Assembly: GCF_003704095.1 (NCBI RefSeq)
Contig: NW_020843606.1
Location: forward strand, 248,001-312,000
Length of the DNA: 64,000 nucleotides
Reading direction: 5' to 3'
From: Pocillopora damicornis
Taxonomy: Eukaryota
A model generated the notes under the pieces. The model did not search any database. It worked only from the letters and a program-made list of their open reading frames with translations, and was not told where the DNA came from. The position numbers were made by a program, and so were the translations under genes. Of the stretch, positions 12,865-26,700 are shown in pieces; positions within the stretch are counted from its first letter, which is position 1, and each line of letters begins with the position of its first letter.

Positions 12865-13486
12865 AAGTGTGCTGCAGTAGTAGATACCCAGATACCTAAT
12901 ATATTTTTTTTCTGCAATATATCAGATATATTTTGAACCAAGTCAAAAGTATTTTTTCATTGACGGAAAACAAGGCATTAGTTATACTATGTATAACGTA
13001 TTTATAAGGCTTCTTTGTAAATAATTTAACATAGTTTTGAAATGCTTTTATTGGGTACTGATTTTATAGAATAGTATTGAGAGTTTGGTAAGTTATTTTG
13101 TCCTATACACCTGGTTGTGATTAAATCAGCTTGGAAAACGAACTCTACGTCTGCGTGCCCTTTTTCGTAGTGATTTGGATGAATCATTAAGCTTGAGATA
13201 ATTCTTTTGAAGCTCAGAGATTTTCTAAGTAATTAAGTGCTTCCAAATGTAAAAAAAGTTGTAAACAATCCAGAAGATTGATAGAAGTTTTCAGAAAAGT
13301 TCCCAGAGACTTCGCTTCGGGATACATCTCAAGCTTGTTAGCTGTAATACAATTTTCGGAATTTCGTGAAATGTTTTTCATTTTCCTTTTAAGTTAGTTT
13401 TATTCATGTGGAATAGAACCTGAGTTGAGGAATACTTTTATCAACATGATTGAATCACCTGGCTTCCTTGACTCATTTAGTTATCA

Positions 13487-13650
13487 AGATTATTTGGTTT
13501 TATCAACTAAGCTGATAATGTAAATTGGCCACTGTAAGGAGTGTCCATAGCTGATGTTTCAACAGTAAGCCCGCTGGTCAGAGCTCTTCTTTTCACTCCA
13601 TTGACGCAGCAGCAAAATTCATTTTCCCTCAAAAACTTACCCTCTTTAGT
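13487..13650 (-). mobile_element. Short hammerhead-derived repeat, copy 2 (degenerate, with an inverted tail segment)
   Basis: Shares tttggttttatcaact..gataatgtaaattggccac..agctgatgtttc..gtcagagc with copy 1. The gacgcagc...aaacttacc tail at ~13598-13650 lies in the opposite orientation compared with copy 3. Confidence 0.6.
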
Positions 13651-14429
13651 GATTTAGTTATCGTCTACACTTTACCCGCTTCATTACTCGATATCAAAAT
13701 TTTTAACGCTTTCTTGGTCATTTAATATCGGCTATGTCGATTTAATTTCATCAAATAGACGCCGAACGAAATTTCGTCTGCTGTGAAACTTCGAGAAATT
13801 GCATGCGAAGTTCAACTATTTTTATCTTCTTCAAGGATATTCCATAGTATAATACGCATGACTGAGACACACGCAACAAAAAGGTCGGCTTTTTCATGAA
13901 CTAAGTTTGTCAGGTAATTCCACAGGTATCCCAACTCCTTATCAGCCATAAACGTTATAAGACATTGCCTCTTCGATGGTGTTTGTGTTTCCGTGCATTC
14001 TAGGGTCGTTTCAAAGCGACTCCAGCGTGTCTTATATTTACTGTTTTCTCGATACATTTTGGAAAAACACCTTTCCGCAAGTTGTTGTATACAATGTTCA
14101 CAGCCGTTAAGGTGCATGGATAGCTATGCTTCCTCCAAGGAGCACAAGAGTTTTCTCTCTCATTATAAATCGTGCTATTATTTTCTTTATAAAACAACTA
14201 CAGATTAATCCACATTGCAGAATGATATAATAAATATCGCAAAACATGTTTTCAAAAAATACTCTTGAACATAAGATTTGAAAGGAAGTGTAGACAAAGT
14301 CCTCTCGAAGGTTAACAAAGGCTCAGGCTGGATTGCTTGGCCGCATTCGGTCAAGCCAGTCGCTGTCAATGTGTGTACAATTCCCTCCTTCTACCAGTTA
14401 TTTGAATGAGGGTGGGGGCTATAGGTTGC

Positions 14430-14720
14430 GTGCAGCAAAGCTCAGCGACAACCTAACAGCTGCACGTATTTCATTCAGAAGGGATAACTCTGACGAGGCT
14501 ATCGAGACTTTAGGCTGGTCTGACTTGGAAACAATTAGAAAACGAAACAGATGAGATTTAAAATGCTTGAATAACCTAGTGCTGGAATACCATAAGGAGT
14601 ATTTGATCAAAAATAACCCATTCCATTCAAATAATACAAGAACGAATGACAACATCATGTGCGCAGGCCAAAGCTTAGCCTGGGAAAGAGAAAAGTTTAA
14701 TATTTTGATCGGCCTTTCTA
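14430..14720 (+). mobile_element. Decayed CR1/L2-type LINE ORF2 C-terminal fragment
   Basis: Broken translation AARI..RRDNSDEAIETLGWSDLETIRKRN..FKCLNNLV..EY..N..HSNNTR resembles the RAAR...LGW..L..RR...FK.LN...H.YNTR C-terminus of L2/CR1 elements. It is followed by a simple-repeat tail. Confidence 0.6.
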
Positions 14721-14734
14721 TCAATCTATCTATT

Positions 14735-14963
14735 TGGCTATCTAACTATCTATCAATCGATTTTTCTATCAATCTATCTATCTAACTATTTATCAATAAA
14801 TCTTTCTATCAATCTATATCTATCTATCAATCTTTCTACCAATCTTTCGATCAATCAATCAATCTATCTATCTATCTGTCTATCAATCTTTCTATCAATC
14901 TTTCTATCAATCTCTCAATCAATCTATCTATCTATCTAGCTATCTATTTATCTATCTATCTAT
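14735..14963. repeat. Degenerate (TATC/TCAA)n microsatellite
   Basis: Directly visible. Confidence 0.9.
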
Positions 14964-15545
14964 GATGGTATGAGGAATTGTTATACGGCTCTGTGCAGAA
15001 GCCATCAAGATAAAGCAAGAGCCTTGTTCTGATTGATTGCCCTCGCGAGTAGGACGAGCCGCTCGAAATTGCCCGCTTTGATCCCACGAAAACAAATCTC
15101 TTTTGATCATAAGCAATATTCAGCTATCCTTACCTCAGGCTTGATCAATAAAACAGACCCTGACATCCAGCGCGCAGCTGCTAAATTCACGATTATGCAT
15201 GGTACCCTCCCTTTCCCTGCTTCCTTTAATCTCATTGATATCAACAGCCATTAAGTGAAATTTAACAAATCTTGAAGCATGTTGCTGTTTCGGAGAAATG
15301 AATTTTTAAAAAAAACCCTTTGCCTGTCAGCAGAAATAAAAAATCCTTCCGTGTATTGCTTTGTCGTAATTTTCCGACCGTCAAAACTGGAATATGGAGA
15401 ACGTGTGTTTAAATATAGCAGTTTATACTGAAAAGCTGTAGGCTAATGTCAAAACCAACATAGAAGATATATTCTGCGCACCAGATTCAAATTAGAACAC
15501 ATTTTACAACGATTGTTCTCGAATCACTGTGAGAACGCTATGTTT

Positions 15546-15547
<2 letters not shown>

Positions 15548-15582
<35 letters not shown>
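15548..15582. repeat. (CT)n microsatellite
   Basis: Directly visible. Confidence 0.95.
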
Positions 15583-15586
<4 letters not shown>

Positions 15587-15739
15587 CCTGTGTATGCTCT
15601 AAGTCCGATATGATGTAGGAAGTGAAACATAAGATATCATAACCAATACAAGATATGGAAAAAAAAACAAAAGAAAAAGAATTTTACTTTATTTTTTGGT
15701 ACATATATTATATTTGTTTATTTTTTCGGCGCATTAACC

Positions 15740-15975
15740 TACGCGGGGTGTTGGGAGAACACGAGAATATTTGTAAATCACGAACCGGAGGAAAGTGATT
15801 TACGAACTCTTTGAGTGTTCTCCCGACATCCCAAGTTGTTTTCTTCGCCGGTAAACCGATGGCAAGTGCGGCCTTGAATTAAACCCCGAAAAGTTTGAAT
15901 TTTTTATGGGTTTACTGGTGTAACATAGGTTTTTTACCAATCAGGCCGCTCGTGGTACCTTAGTCATTGGATAAA
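15740..15975. repeat. Palindromic foldback element; partial relative at ~32850-33020
   Basis: Inverted arms gggtgttgggagaacac..ttgtaaatcac / gtgatttacgaa..gtgttctcccgacatccc. The end ccaatcagg..gctcgt recurs inverted as acgagcgccctgattgg at ~32862-32880. Confidence 0.65.
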
Positions 15976-17499
15976 AATTTTTAATCGGGCATAACACTCA
16001 ACGCTTTATTTATAATTAGTACGGTAGACATTTACGTAAAAACCCAGACATAAAAGTATGCAATGCATACTTCTAAATTGTGGAGATTATCTTAGTGAAA
16101 AACTGAGGATTTCTGAAGCATGACTTCAAGGTTTCTGTAAAAAATGAGTCGTAAGTTAAGAACTTTAAGTTACACCTCCGCTGATTATCTGTCCTTCGGC
16201 ATGAATCGCGTCTTCTATTCCGGATAAAAAACCATTGAATTGAAAATTGCGGAAGTTCATCCCAGGAGGGTTCCCAGCATACCTAAAATCACCTACGCGG
16301 ATATCTTTTTCAGACATTTCCTGCCCAAAGCCTTGCTTTTTCCTCCATTCGTTTAACTTTTCCTTTAGTTCCGATTGTTCAAAAGTGCTTGCATTATCTC
16401 TTAGGAACAGTAAAGCTCATTGTTTCATTATAACTTTCTAAAAGCACTTAAGTTTCAACTGCCCGTGAAATTCATCTCAGTAATGTTTCGTGTTTGAGGT
16501 AGGCCGACAGAATTTTCCCACGGATCGTCATGGATGTTATAAGTGTAATAAGCGTCTGAGAGCCAGGGAAAAAAGTTGAAGACAATCTGCATAATTTGTC
16601 CATTACTGGCCAAAATGACAACATATCTTACAAATTTCAATTTTCTCATCATTAATACTTAGATTAAAAAAAAATTAGAAATACGTGAGCAAGTCTCTTC
16701 CCACGAAAACTTTCTAATAGACTCTCTTGTGATATTGGATTCAATTTCCATATTTTCACGCAAAAAACACTCTCTTACATACACGTAATGTTTCACGAAC
16801 TCTTTCTAAGAAACAGCGACATTTTCGTTCCAGTTTTAGATTATTATAGCTGATAAAAATGGTTTTCCGTCCACTTAAAAGCCAAATTAAACATAGGAAA
16901 ACAGATTATTATACACATCTACTTTCTTAGCAATTAGACTCAATTACGATCGATTAGACATTGTCTTTTGTAACAATTTTAGCGATGGACAATTAAATTC
17001 AAGCTCTAGAAGTCTTAGGAACAATTGTTAAAACAATTACACCATTTTCGACGGAAAAATGAGATTAAAGTAGTCGTTTGAACAGCACCGTGGTTTTGAT
17101 GCAAATGTAAATTTTCTTTTAAACAAGTCTATATATGAATTACAAAACACTGGAAATAATAGTTATTGAAACAAACAAATTTCCCATTAGAACAAAAGAC
17201 CGATTTTGGCTCTTTAATGAAGGCATCATAAAATTGTGCGCTAGAAAAGTTTTTTTAGATATGCACACCAATTTCGTCGCAACGGAAAGGGCTTCTGTGA
17301 ACGGAAATGGAATTTTAGTTGCGGTTTTCGACTTTGGAGAGCAATGACGACGGTCGTCTACGAGGAATGTTATGATGAACGATCGTAGTTGTATAAGAAG
17401 ACAGATTACTGCTTGAACTATACACTTACCCGGCCCTATGTGATCCATCGAACTTTGAAATCAAATATTGCAAACATTAACGTGTGCTTTAACAGTGCC

Positions 17500-17547
17500 A
17501 TTGGCCAATTCATTGAATGGGGTGCTCCCGGGAATGCTCTGACGTCA
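17500..17547 (+). promoter_or_regulatory. Candidate proximal promoter of paralog A: ATTGGCCAAT palindrome + perfect CRE (TGACGTCA)
   Basis: CCAAT at 17505-17509 and TGACGTCA at 17540-17547, ~170 bp upstream of the ATG at 17716. Motif match only. Confidence 0.4.
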
Positions 17548-17715
17548 CGGTACTTCAGGGGCTGGGAAGTAATTGCGCAACGGTAGAGAGAGATGTGAAA
17601 ACACGCTGCTTGCATCCAGTATCTTCAAAAAGACAAAGCCTTCGCACGATACAGAGCTACAGGAAAGACCAGTTGTCGCAGAAGTGAAAAGACGAAACTT
17701 AACGACAACTCAAAA

Positions 17716-20700
17716 ATGCCTCTCCTAGTACGGGGCTGGCTGTTAGTTCAAGTTCTGACAATTCTTCACTCAAATCAGAGGAACACCGTCCACGGGGGAA
17801 TAAGTAAGTCTTTTCTACTTGTTCTAATGTCTAGATTTCTTTGAGCGATCCCTACTCAGTCGGCCTTTACTTTAAAGAAAGTTTTCCGTGAGGGTCAAAC
17901 TATTTTTAAACACAGACGCACAAGATCTATCGACAATGAGATTTGGTTTTCCTATGCAAAGTGAGACGTGTTCAAAGCTTTCTGAGCATCGTATTTATTG
18001 CGATATAGTTCAACTACGCACAAATCAAAAGAATTTGGACAGATCCAAACACTTTTATTTGCTAATTTCATTTACTTAAAGCAAACATAAACTTGTCTCT
18101 AGTCCTACTACACCTACACTAAATAAATAGGAGATTGATTTGAAATTAGGGACGCATTTTCCAGACTTATCCAGCTAGAAATGTTAGTGTGAAACCATGC
18201 GCCTTTCAATATACCTCATTTTTTATGAACATGCATGAATGTCTAAATCTTCCGTAGGGATTTGCTGAAGAGATCGAATGTTGATTTTTGGCTCAGTTAT
18301 TCAAACTGAGAAAGAAATTTAACAAGGAGTCTTTCGCCTTTTGTGAAAAAAGAGTTGATGAAACGCTCGAAAGCTGGAATTCAATACATCTACATAATAT
18401 CAATTTCGGAAAGCTACCCGCGTTCATTTTGGGCAGTTTTTTTAGTGAAGAGGATAACAACATCTTCGCAGTTTTTCGCAAGAGTAACTGTATTTGTTCA
18501 GGCAATTTTGAAAACGTATTGTTCAAATGATTGTCTATTAACTCATTAAGGTAATTTTTCCGCAGGGAAAAAAAGTGATCGATTATTATTGATTGTTATT
18601 GAATGAAAGACCTTTTGTTAATCCTATTTGTATCGTTTCCCGGCCCTCTTCTTTTGTAAAGAAATGTATCTTCTTTTATTGAAGAAATCTTTCCGCCTCT
18701 GCAAACAAATAGATCTTCATTTACAAGAGAAGAAATAAAATAGGACAAAGAGCACAAAAGCGTTCGAAATATCATAAAAATTAAGTTCCTTTTCCCGTCG
18801 TTATCAATGTTAAGCTTCGGGTTGGTCTTGAAAATATTGATCTTTTCCTGAAACCACGCACTAGCAAAGCAAGCATGCATCAGCGGACGATATTTGCCAC
18901 ATATGCCACAATTTTGAATAATTTTCAGACCGCAAATTAACAATTTTAGAACCGAGTCAGCCCCAGAGTTTCGGCGGATCAAATATTTCATCGTTTGGTA
19001 CTTTGAATTTGTTAACGCACAAAGAACATTTCTAGACATCAAACCACATTTGAAAGGAATTTATCGAGGGTCTCTAACCATGAGAACATGGGGAAGTCTT
19101 TGCGGTTTCAATTGAAGGATCTTTGTTAAAGAGAACTGATGGCGCCATAAAAACGCTGTTTTTGAACTCACAGTTTGACAACAGGATTGCGGAGATATGC
19201 AAAGAAAAACTTGTTTTTTCAAAATTACTTTTTTCCATGGAGATCATTTGTTATTTATTGAAAATAATGACAATTTATTTGTAATTAGTTAACTAATGAC
19301 AGAATCAATTCAATGCTCAGAAGAAAAAAAAAAGGTTTACCAATATCAGGTGCTCTTTTGAACGTACATACGTGAAGATTGAAAAATGTTCCGCCCTTAT
19401 TGAAGTGAATATGCCGTAAATACTTTGTTGCTTAGAAAGGTCGCCACTTTCTGGGGTTTGCAAACCGCAGTGAATGACGCATGCGGCGAAACGTGCCAAG
19501 TGATACGCGCGAGAAGTCTTAAAAGATATCGTGTGATAAATATTCGTATCTGCACGTTAATGGCTGTTTATTAAACATGACGTTGTATTACTAGGTACGA
19601 ATTTGTTTCGATTGTTTCTCGTCCATAATTACTTTATATTGGCTTTACATCTCATCCAAGATAAATCTATTTCCAGAAAAGCGCTTTCTTGGAGAAAAAA
19701 CATCTTTAAAATGATTTTATTTACGAAAGATTAGTTTTAAAAGTTCACAATTATTCTCATAAGAGAGAATGTAGGGAATGCTTTGCTTCAGTTCCTCGCC
19801 GAACCAAATCTAGTCACGTGCCGTGTTTCCATAGGAATATCAGCGCTGACATAAATGCATTGCGAAGCACTTGTCTCTCGCTAAATTTTTGTCGTCTGGG
19901 TAAAGTATTGACATTTTCCGCATTGAAAACATGTTGCCAAACTTGATGAGTTTACCACATTTTTCATCTACTGAAGCACCGTAAATTTTTAGAGCTATGC
20001 TTGACTTGAAAAATTCTCAATTGCAGAAACAAAATTCTGGCTTTGATGAACCTTATAATTAACGCAAATAGGGTAAACCTTCCTTGAAGATCACAGAAAC
20101 TTTATTGAACAATTACTATGGAAGTGATATTAAGTTCGATTGAAATAATGTCTCCATCCAGAGATCGAGGGATAAAAATAAAACGAATGATTCCAGAAAA
20201 AGAACGATAAAAGATCATTTCACTGATAAACTAATATTAATGACAATTGCAATACAGTAGAGCATAACTCTCTTCCTATATTGATTAGCATTAATTCATC
20301 TAACAAGCTGTGAAAGACTGAAAAAGCCTTCTAATCATTGAACAAATTCACTAAGATAGTTTAAAAAGCAATAAGGATTTTCCCTCTTATGATTTAACTA
20401 ATTAGGATTTATTTCAATTCTTTTTTTTTTGGCTATTAGTGTTGTTATTAGTATTACCGTTATAATATTGGATCACTACTGATATTGTATATTGATTGTT
20501 TTTCAGATGATTGTTACTCCCTCATCACTGCAAACTCAAAGTTTTCAGCTTCTTCGAGTAACGTCCCTGGTGGTCCAGGGTTCGCAAAGATTAATGGGAA
20601 TGTAACGTGGTGTGCAGCCATTCCAAACGATATGCAATATCTGACAGTCGACTTAGGTATGACACTTCCATCTCTTATACCTTAAGTCAAAAGCTCTTCG

Positions 20701-23700
20701 CTGTGTCTTTAAAATCTTTCAAGGGAAAGTAGATTTAAGACTTTTGTTTAAGTGACAGTTAGTTTTTTTAAATGTTCTACGTACGCTGTATGGTTCCAAA
20801 GGGCCAACGTCATTGGGCGGTGGATATAAAAACTTCAGGAAGATAGCCATCTATGTGATTCACTTGTCCGCCAACTTAGCGAAACGATTTCTACAAGACG
20901 GTTTTCTTTTTTTGAGCCCTGTGTCATCTTCATTAAGATCTTCAATGAAAAGAAAATGTATTGGCACCTCCATTACGTTTCGGGTCTTTCTGAAATTTTA
21001 ATTTGTCTCCCCCACTTCTCCATTTCAATGTTGCCTAGTGTTAAAAAAAAAACGGTCACTAAATTTTTTCACCATTGTTTAGGGAGAAGGAAGGACTTTC
21101 AAATAAATAATAAAGATGAATTGCAAGATTTTTGTTAATTATGTTGAGTTTGTCTTTTAACTTCTTTTTAAGTTGCTAATTTTTTAATTTTTATTTTATT
21201 TATCTTCATTGCGCTCATAAAAAGATGATTCCTCCAGTACTAAGTACTATATCCAGTACTAAGTACTATATATAATATATATAATAGATATATATATAAT
21301 ATAATAATATATATATAATAGCATTACTCTTCAACTTCTTTAACCATTATTTTCTAGGTTTTAGTCTCTTGTTTGATCGTGTCGTCATGCAAGGGTTGCC
21401 AAACTCGAGAAGATCCGTATCACAATACAAGTTGAGCTACAGTGCCAACAATCAAGTTTATACCCCTATTAATAACCAGGTGAGACCTAATGAAAGCAAA
21501 AACAAAAGTAGATCAATCCAAATTTTTCAATTGTGATGATCTGATAAGGAATACATCGTGAGCTGGAAATCAAAGAAAAGGTTACTTATCAGTCATCACG
21601 GTCTTCGTGGATTACTGATTACAATTAAAACTCATGGATACTTAATTCATGTTTTGTTTTTCATTAATTTCAATTCAATTTAGCCTCTCATTTATCCTCT
21701 AGTTTGAACCAAAGTGGTAAAATTATCAGTTTCTCACCGTCGCTGTTGCCATTATCGCTAAACTGAGTGATCGTTATTCGCTAAGTGTCATTCGTTAGTT
21801 GTTAATTGCTAATTGTAAATCGCCTGTGGGTCCATCGTGATGGTTATTTTTTATTTCTCATCTTATCCCTAATCGCAATCGATTTTTTGGTAATACTTCC
21901 TTGGAAATAAAGTTGCTCCTTTTCATTTGTCTTTCAGTATTTTTTTGGAAGTTTGTACAACGGTAATTCTCTGAAGGCAACTGATCTCACCACGCCTCAA
22001 ACTAGCCGATACGTGAGGTTTTCTCCAATAGAACCTAAAGGAGTGAATGAAAACTACTTCTGCATGCGAGTGGATGTACAAAGCTGTCATAACGGTAAGT
22101 TTGAAATTACCTCCTTCTATGGTCCTTGTAAAGTGTAATAAGTGGAGTTGTGAGCAAACCCGCCTTTATTGTGGCGGGTTCACATTCGTTATCCGTCAGT
22201 TCACCTAAACTGAAAGCAAACTCATTAAAGTTGCCATTCAACTCAGTTATTTTGAAAGTTGTCCGGGATCATATTGTACAGTTTTATCTGCTGTGACCGT
22301 AGGGTCAGATACATCATGCCGGCATACATTTCGACATACTGCCATGATCACGGCATAGGGCATAATTCAAGCATAATGACAAATTCCCTTGATGTTACAG
22401 TTCAACAAGAGATAAATTCTGTAGCCTGAGTGCATCCAACAGTAAGCCTCTTTTTCTAGCTCGCGCTTCAGAAATTTGAGCCGGTAAAATGTCGTGTTCT
22501 GAGCCACGGTAAGCTACGTTGTACCTGTTAGTAATAGGAATATGAGAGGAAGGGGAGGGGGTTGAAAAGCTTAAAAGCTATTCTTTTAGAGCGAGTAAGA
22601 AGTAGGATAGAACATGACAGTTAATTTTTCCAGGAAGAATTGATTATGGTAAGGATAACTGTTCAGCGTGTTAAAGCGCTCTATCCAAGATAGGCCACTT
22701 TGATATTCAGATGCCACTCGCTTAATCTACCTTACTGAGGCTTACTTATTCAAGTCCTTTTTATCAGAGAGGTACATTGGAATTCAGGGCCTGTCGGGAG
22801 CGCTAGAATGTTTAGTGGTATGTAGTTGAGGATCCCAGAATCAGCAGAATTAGCTTAAGAAAAAGGAAAGAAAGCCTTTAAACATAAAATTATGAAAATA
22901 TACACATTTAATGACATTTTAGTTTCGCTATCTTATTATCGCTATGATAGTAAAAACAATTGTTAAGAAGTTGAGGAAAACCGCGTGTATTAAGTGCTTG
23001 TTTCGTAAAATGGGGTCTGATGCGTGTCTTTCTCTCGTGCTGAATTACAAGACCCAAATCCTATCGATGGCGGATGGACCGAGTGGACGGTTTGGAGTCA
23101 ATGCGCCCGTTGTGGTGGTCTCAAGGCTCGCACAAGGACGTGTACCAATCCTGCGCCTGCGTTTGGTGGTCTGGATTGTGAAGGGGCTAATACCATTACT
23201 CAGTTCTGTCCTAACTATTGTCCCGGTGAGTATTCATGGCCTGGACTACTCTTTAGAGAAAAACGGAACGAGAAATTACATCACGTTGCTTCATCAATGT
23301 TACCTTGATAACATAGTATCACCAGATAACAGCAGAAAAAGCGTTGGGTGTGAATGGGGGAAAAGAAAACATTTCTATGCACAACCATGAGCATGGGACG
23401 AACAAGAAGTTAAGTCACTTCTCGAGGATTCGAACCCAACTCCCAATTCTTTGGAGCTCAAGATTTCTTTCTTAAATATGAAACTAACCCACGATGTTTT
23501 CTTCATAGTTGATGGTCAGTGGTCCGCATGGGGTGCGTGGTATCCCTGCACTAAAACATGTGGTCAAGGAACGAAATTCAGAGTACGTGATTGCGTTAAC
23601 CCACCTCCATCCAATGGTGGAGCATTCTGTGTTGGTCAAGGATATCAATCTGACCCCTGCAATAACGGCCCATGTCCAGGTAGGCTTGTATCATGTAAGA

Positions 23701-26700
23701 TCATGGACTATTTTTCGATTGATGCTCTGAAAACCACAACCAAAGTTCTTACACTGGCCATTCAAAACAAACTTAGATACGAGGAGGAGCCCATGAAAAC
23801 TATAAATAAGAAAAAATAAATAAAAACAAACATCTGATTGATTGAGATGGTAGCTTAAGTTTTAGCAAGCTAATCACAGAGTGAAATGAAGAAAACTCAA
23901 TCAGATCCTCGATTACTTTTGACACTCAATTAAAACTTGCCAACTCCAACCATTGATTGTGCATTCTTAAAGACTCTAAATTAAAGTTATCTTGCTTTTT
24001 TTTCAGATCCTACAACAGTCCCACCACCAACAACTCAGCCAGGTAACCTGCTTAAGTTTCTTCCCTGAACGATATTTCCTCATCAGTTTCATATCATAAT
24101 TAATTAGAACACGCTGTGATTGAAGGGTTTGACTGCGATGGTAGCTTATTGGTTAACGTATTTACTACTATATCTACAGCTACCACCACAGAGGCTACCA
24201 CTACTACTGCGGCAACGACAACAGAAGCAACTACAACTGCAGCTACGACTACAGAAGCTACCACTACCGAAGCAACTACAACTAAGGCTGCTACCACCAC
24301 TGCAGCTACCACAACGGAGACTGTCACCACAACTGAGGCTCTTACTACGACTAAGGCTGCCACCACAACTGAGGCTGCTACTACAACTGAGGTTGCTACT
24401 ACAACTGAGGCTGCTACCACAACTGAGGCTACTACCACAACTGAGGCTGCTACCACAACCGAGGCTGCTACCACAACAGAAGCTGCTACCACAACTGAGG
24501 CTGCTACCACAACTGAGGCTGCAACCACAACTAAGGCTACTACCACAACGGAGGCTGCTACCACAACTGAGACTGCTACCACAACTGAAGCTACTACCAC
24601 AACTGAAGCTACTACCACTGAAGCAACTACCACAGAGGCTCCAACCACCACGGCTGCCCCTACCACAGCTACACCTACAGGTTTGTAAACATGTGTTGCA
24701 GAGGTATTTATCCTTGTACCGAAATATTGTATACCATTTTGAATCCATGAACGCGGAGAAGATTAGTTGACAAAATTTGAACAAACATTTCATCCGTGCA
24801 CCTTTAGGTTATTAATACAACGATTTATAATCTCCAGAGTTTGTTTGTGTAGTTCATATTTGTATCATCTTGGAATCCTGTCACCGATGCGAATAATAAA
24901 AATAGGTCAACAGATTTTCCATCTATTAATAGTTGTTTCCTTTAATTTTCGGCTACCATTTCGTTCTCTTTCACGTAGAGTGCTTCGCTCTCTCTTCTTT
25001 CCGACATCACCCTTTTTTCACATCTTTTTAGTCGTATCTTGTCCTGAAATTTTTTTTTGCTTCGCAAACTACAGGAATACCTGGCCTCTCGGATATCGAT
25101 ATCACATTTGCCTTGAGTGCGACATCAGCCAACTCCAACGCCACTTACACATTCATGCAGAACACACTTAAAACATTCATCGACAAGTACGGTGCCAACC
25201 AAATCCAATACAGTATCATTGTATATGGCGACCGCGTCGAACGTGTGGTGACCTTCAATAGCTCCTTTCCCCCAACTGACAATCAACTGAAATCAGCCAT
25301 CGACGCGCAGTCAGCATTGGCGGGAGGTCCTGTCCTAGAAGATGCATTGCAGGAAACTTTTAAAATCTTCAACGAGTCAAAAGGAAGACCTGCTGTCAAG
25401 AAGGCTCTGGTAGTTGTCACAGATAACAACTCTGGAACAGATAAGGGAAAGCTCTCAGCTGCTGTCAAAACGGTAGAAGAACAAAAAGTTTTAGTTATTT
25501 CTGTGGCTGTTGGAGGCGTCGTGGATACAAATGAGTTGGCGATCATCTCACCCAATCCCCTAGATGTTATATCGACAAATGTGAATGAAATTCCGGAGAA
25601 AGTGGGTGACCGCGTCATCGACAGAATATTGAGACGTAAGGAACTATTTTGCCTATTATCCACTGAACATACCTGGTAGTCCAGTCTCCGTAGCTTATTT
25701 TTTTATGAACGTAAATCGTTGAAAATCATACCACTCATTGGTGGAAGGCACCAGTAATAAACTTGGGTTACCTTGAAAATGCATTTGAGTGAAAGGGTAG
25801 GGGCTTGAAACCAGGACCTTGCGACTAGGGCCATATAGTCTTAAAAATAATTTGAGAATTAAAAGTAACGACTGTTTTTTCCTGTTAACCAGGTACTATC
25901 CCAGATATAAACGTGGGTTTTGCCATCCGAGACGAAGAAGTAGAATCTATAGGTCTCTTCACGTTGATGCAAGACACTATTAATACAATTAACCATCGGT
26001 ATGGAACAGAAAGAGTCAAATACACAGTCATTTTATACGGCAACATCAATTCTACGAGTGTGGACTTCTCCAACCGGAATGTCAATCACAGGGAGCTCAT
26101 ATCGATTGTGACGAGTTTAGAGAGAGTTCCTGGGGCTATTGATCTTCAAGCAAAGCTAACAGACGCAGAAGCTTTATTCCGATCTTTACCAAGTATACAA
26201 GGGAGCAAGAAAGTGTTCATTGTACTCACAGATGTGACTGCGGGTGGAAATGAAAGTGCAATTACTTCAGCGGGTGCTTCATTGGTAAGGGAAGGAATCC
26301 TTGTCTTCTCAGTGAATCGTAGTGAAGATGGAACTAACGTGGTGACAGTAACACAAATTGACTACCTTGATATTCCAACCTTCACTACGGATCGGTCAGT
26401 TGTCATTGCAGAGACCATCATAAGGAAAGCATCGTCAGGTAAAATATCAGCTTTTTCTGTTAGGACACGATTCATGATGCCTCTAACACCAGCTAAAATA
26501 TGTCTCATTCATCAACCGTTTCTCGGTAGGAAGTCCCTTTTCCCATACATGGCATCCTCCACAAGCTTTGCCTCTTATCCTTAGGCAGGTTAGATGTTTT
26601 CCTGCAAAGTTCGCCACCGTTTTCGCCAGTCGTCTATTCCATTCGCCCTTCGACTTAATCATCTCTTAAGCTTGATGAAAAAATCATCTTTTCATTTCTC

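Noticed and set aside
18288-19042. Cluster of 68-148 aa ORFs in intron 1 of paralog A
   Set aside because: No recognisable domain, composition typical of AT-rich non-coding DNA, and no convincing splice framework.
24180-24680. Tandem repeat as a CRISPR-like array
   Set aside because: Units are contiguous with no unique spacers, the context is eukaryotic and intron-rich, and there are no cas genes.
24100-24793. Long overlapping ORFs (Val/Ala-rich, Leu/Gln/Arg-rich, Cys/Gly/Ser-rich) in other frames and on the minus strand
   Set aside because: Shadows of the stop-free 18-bp coding repeat. Only the TTTEAA frame has splice sites in phase with the neighbouring exons.
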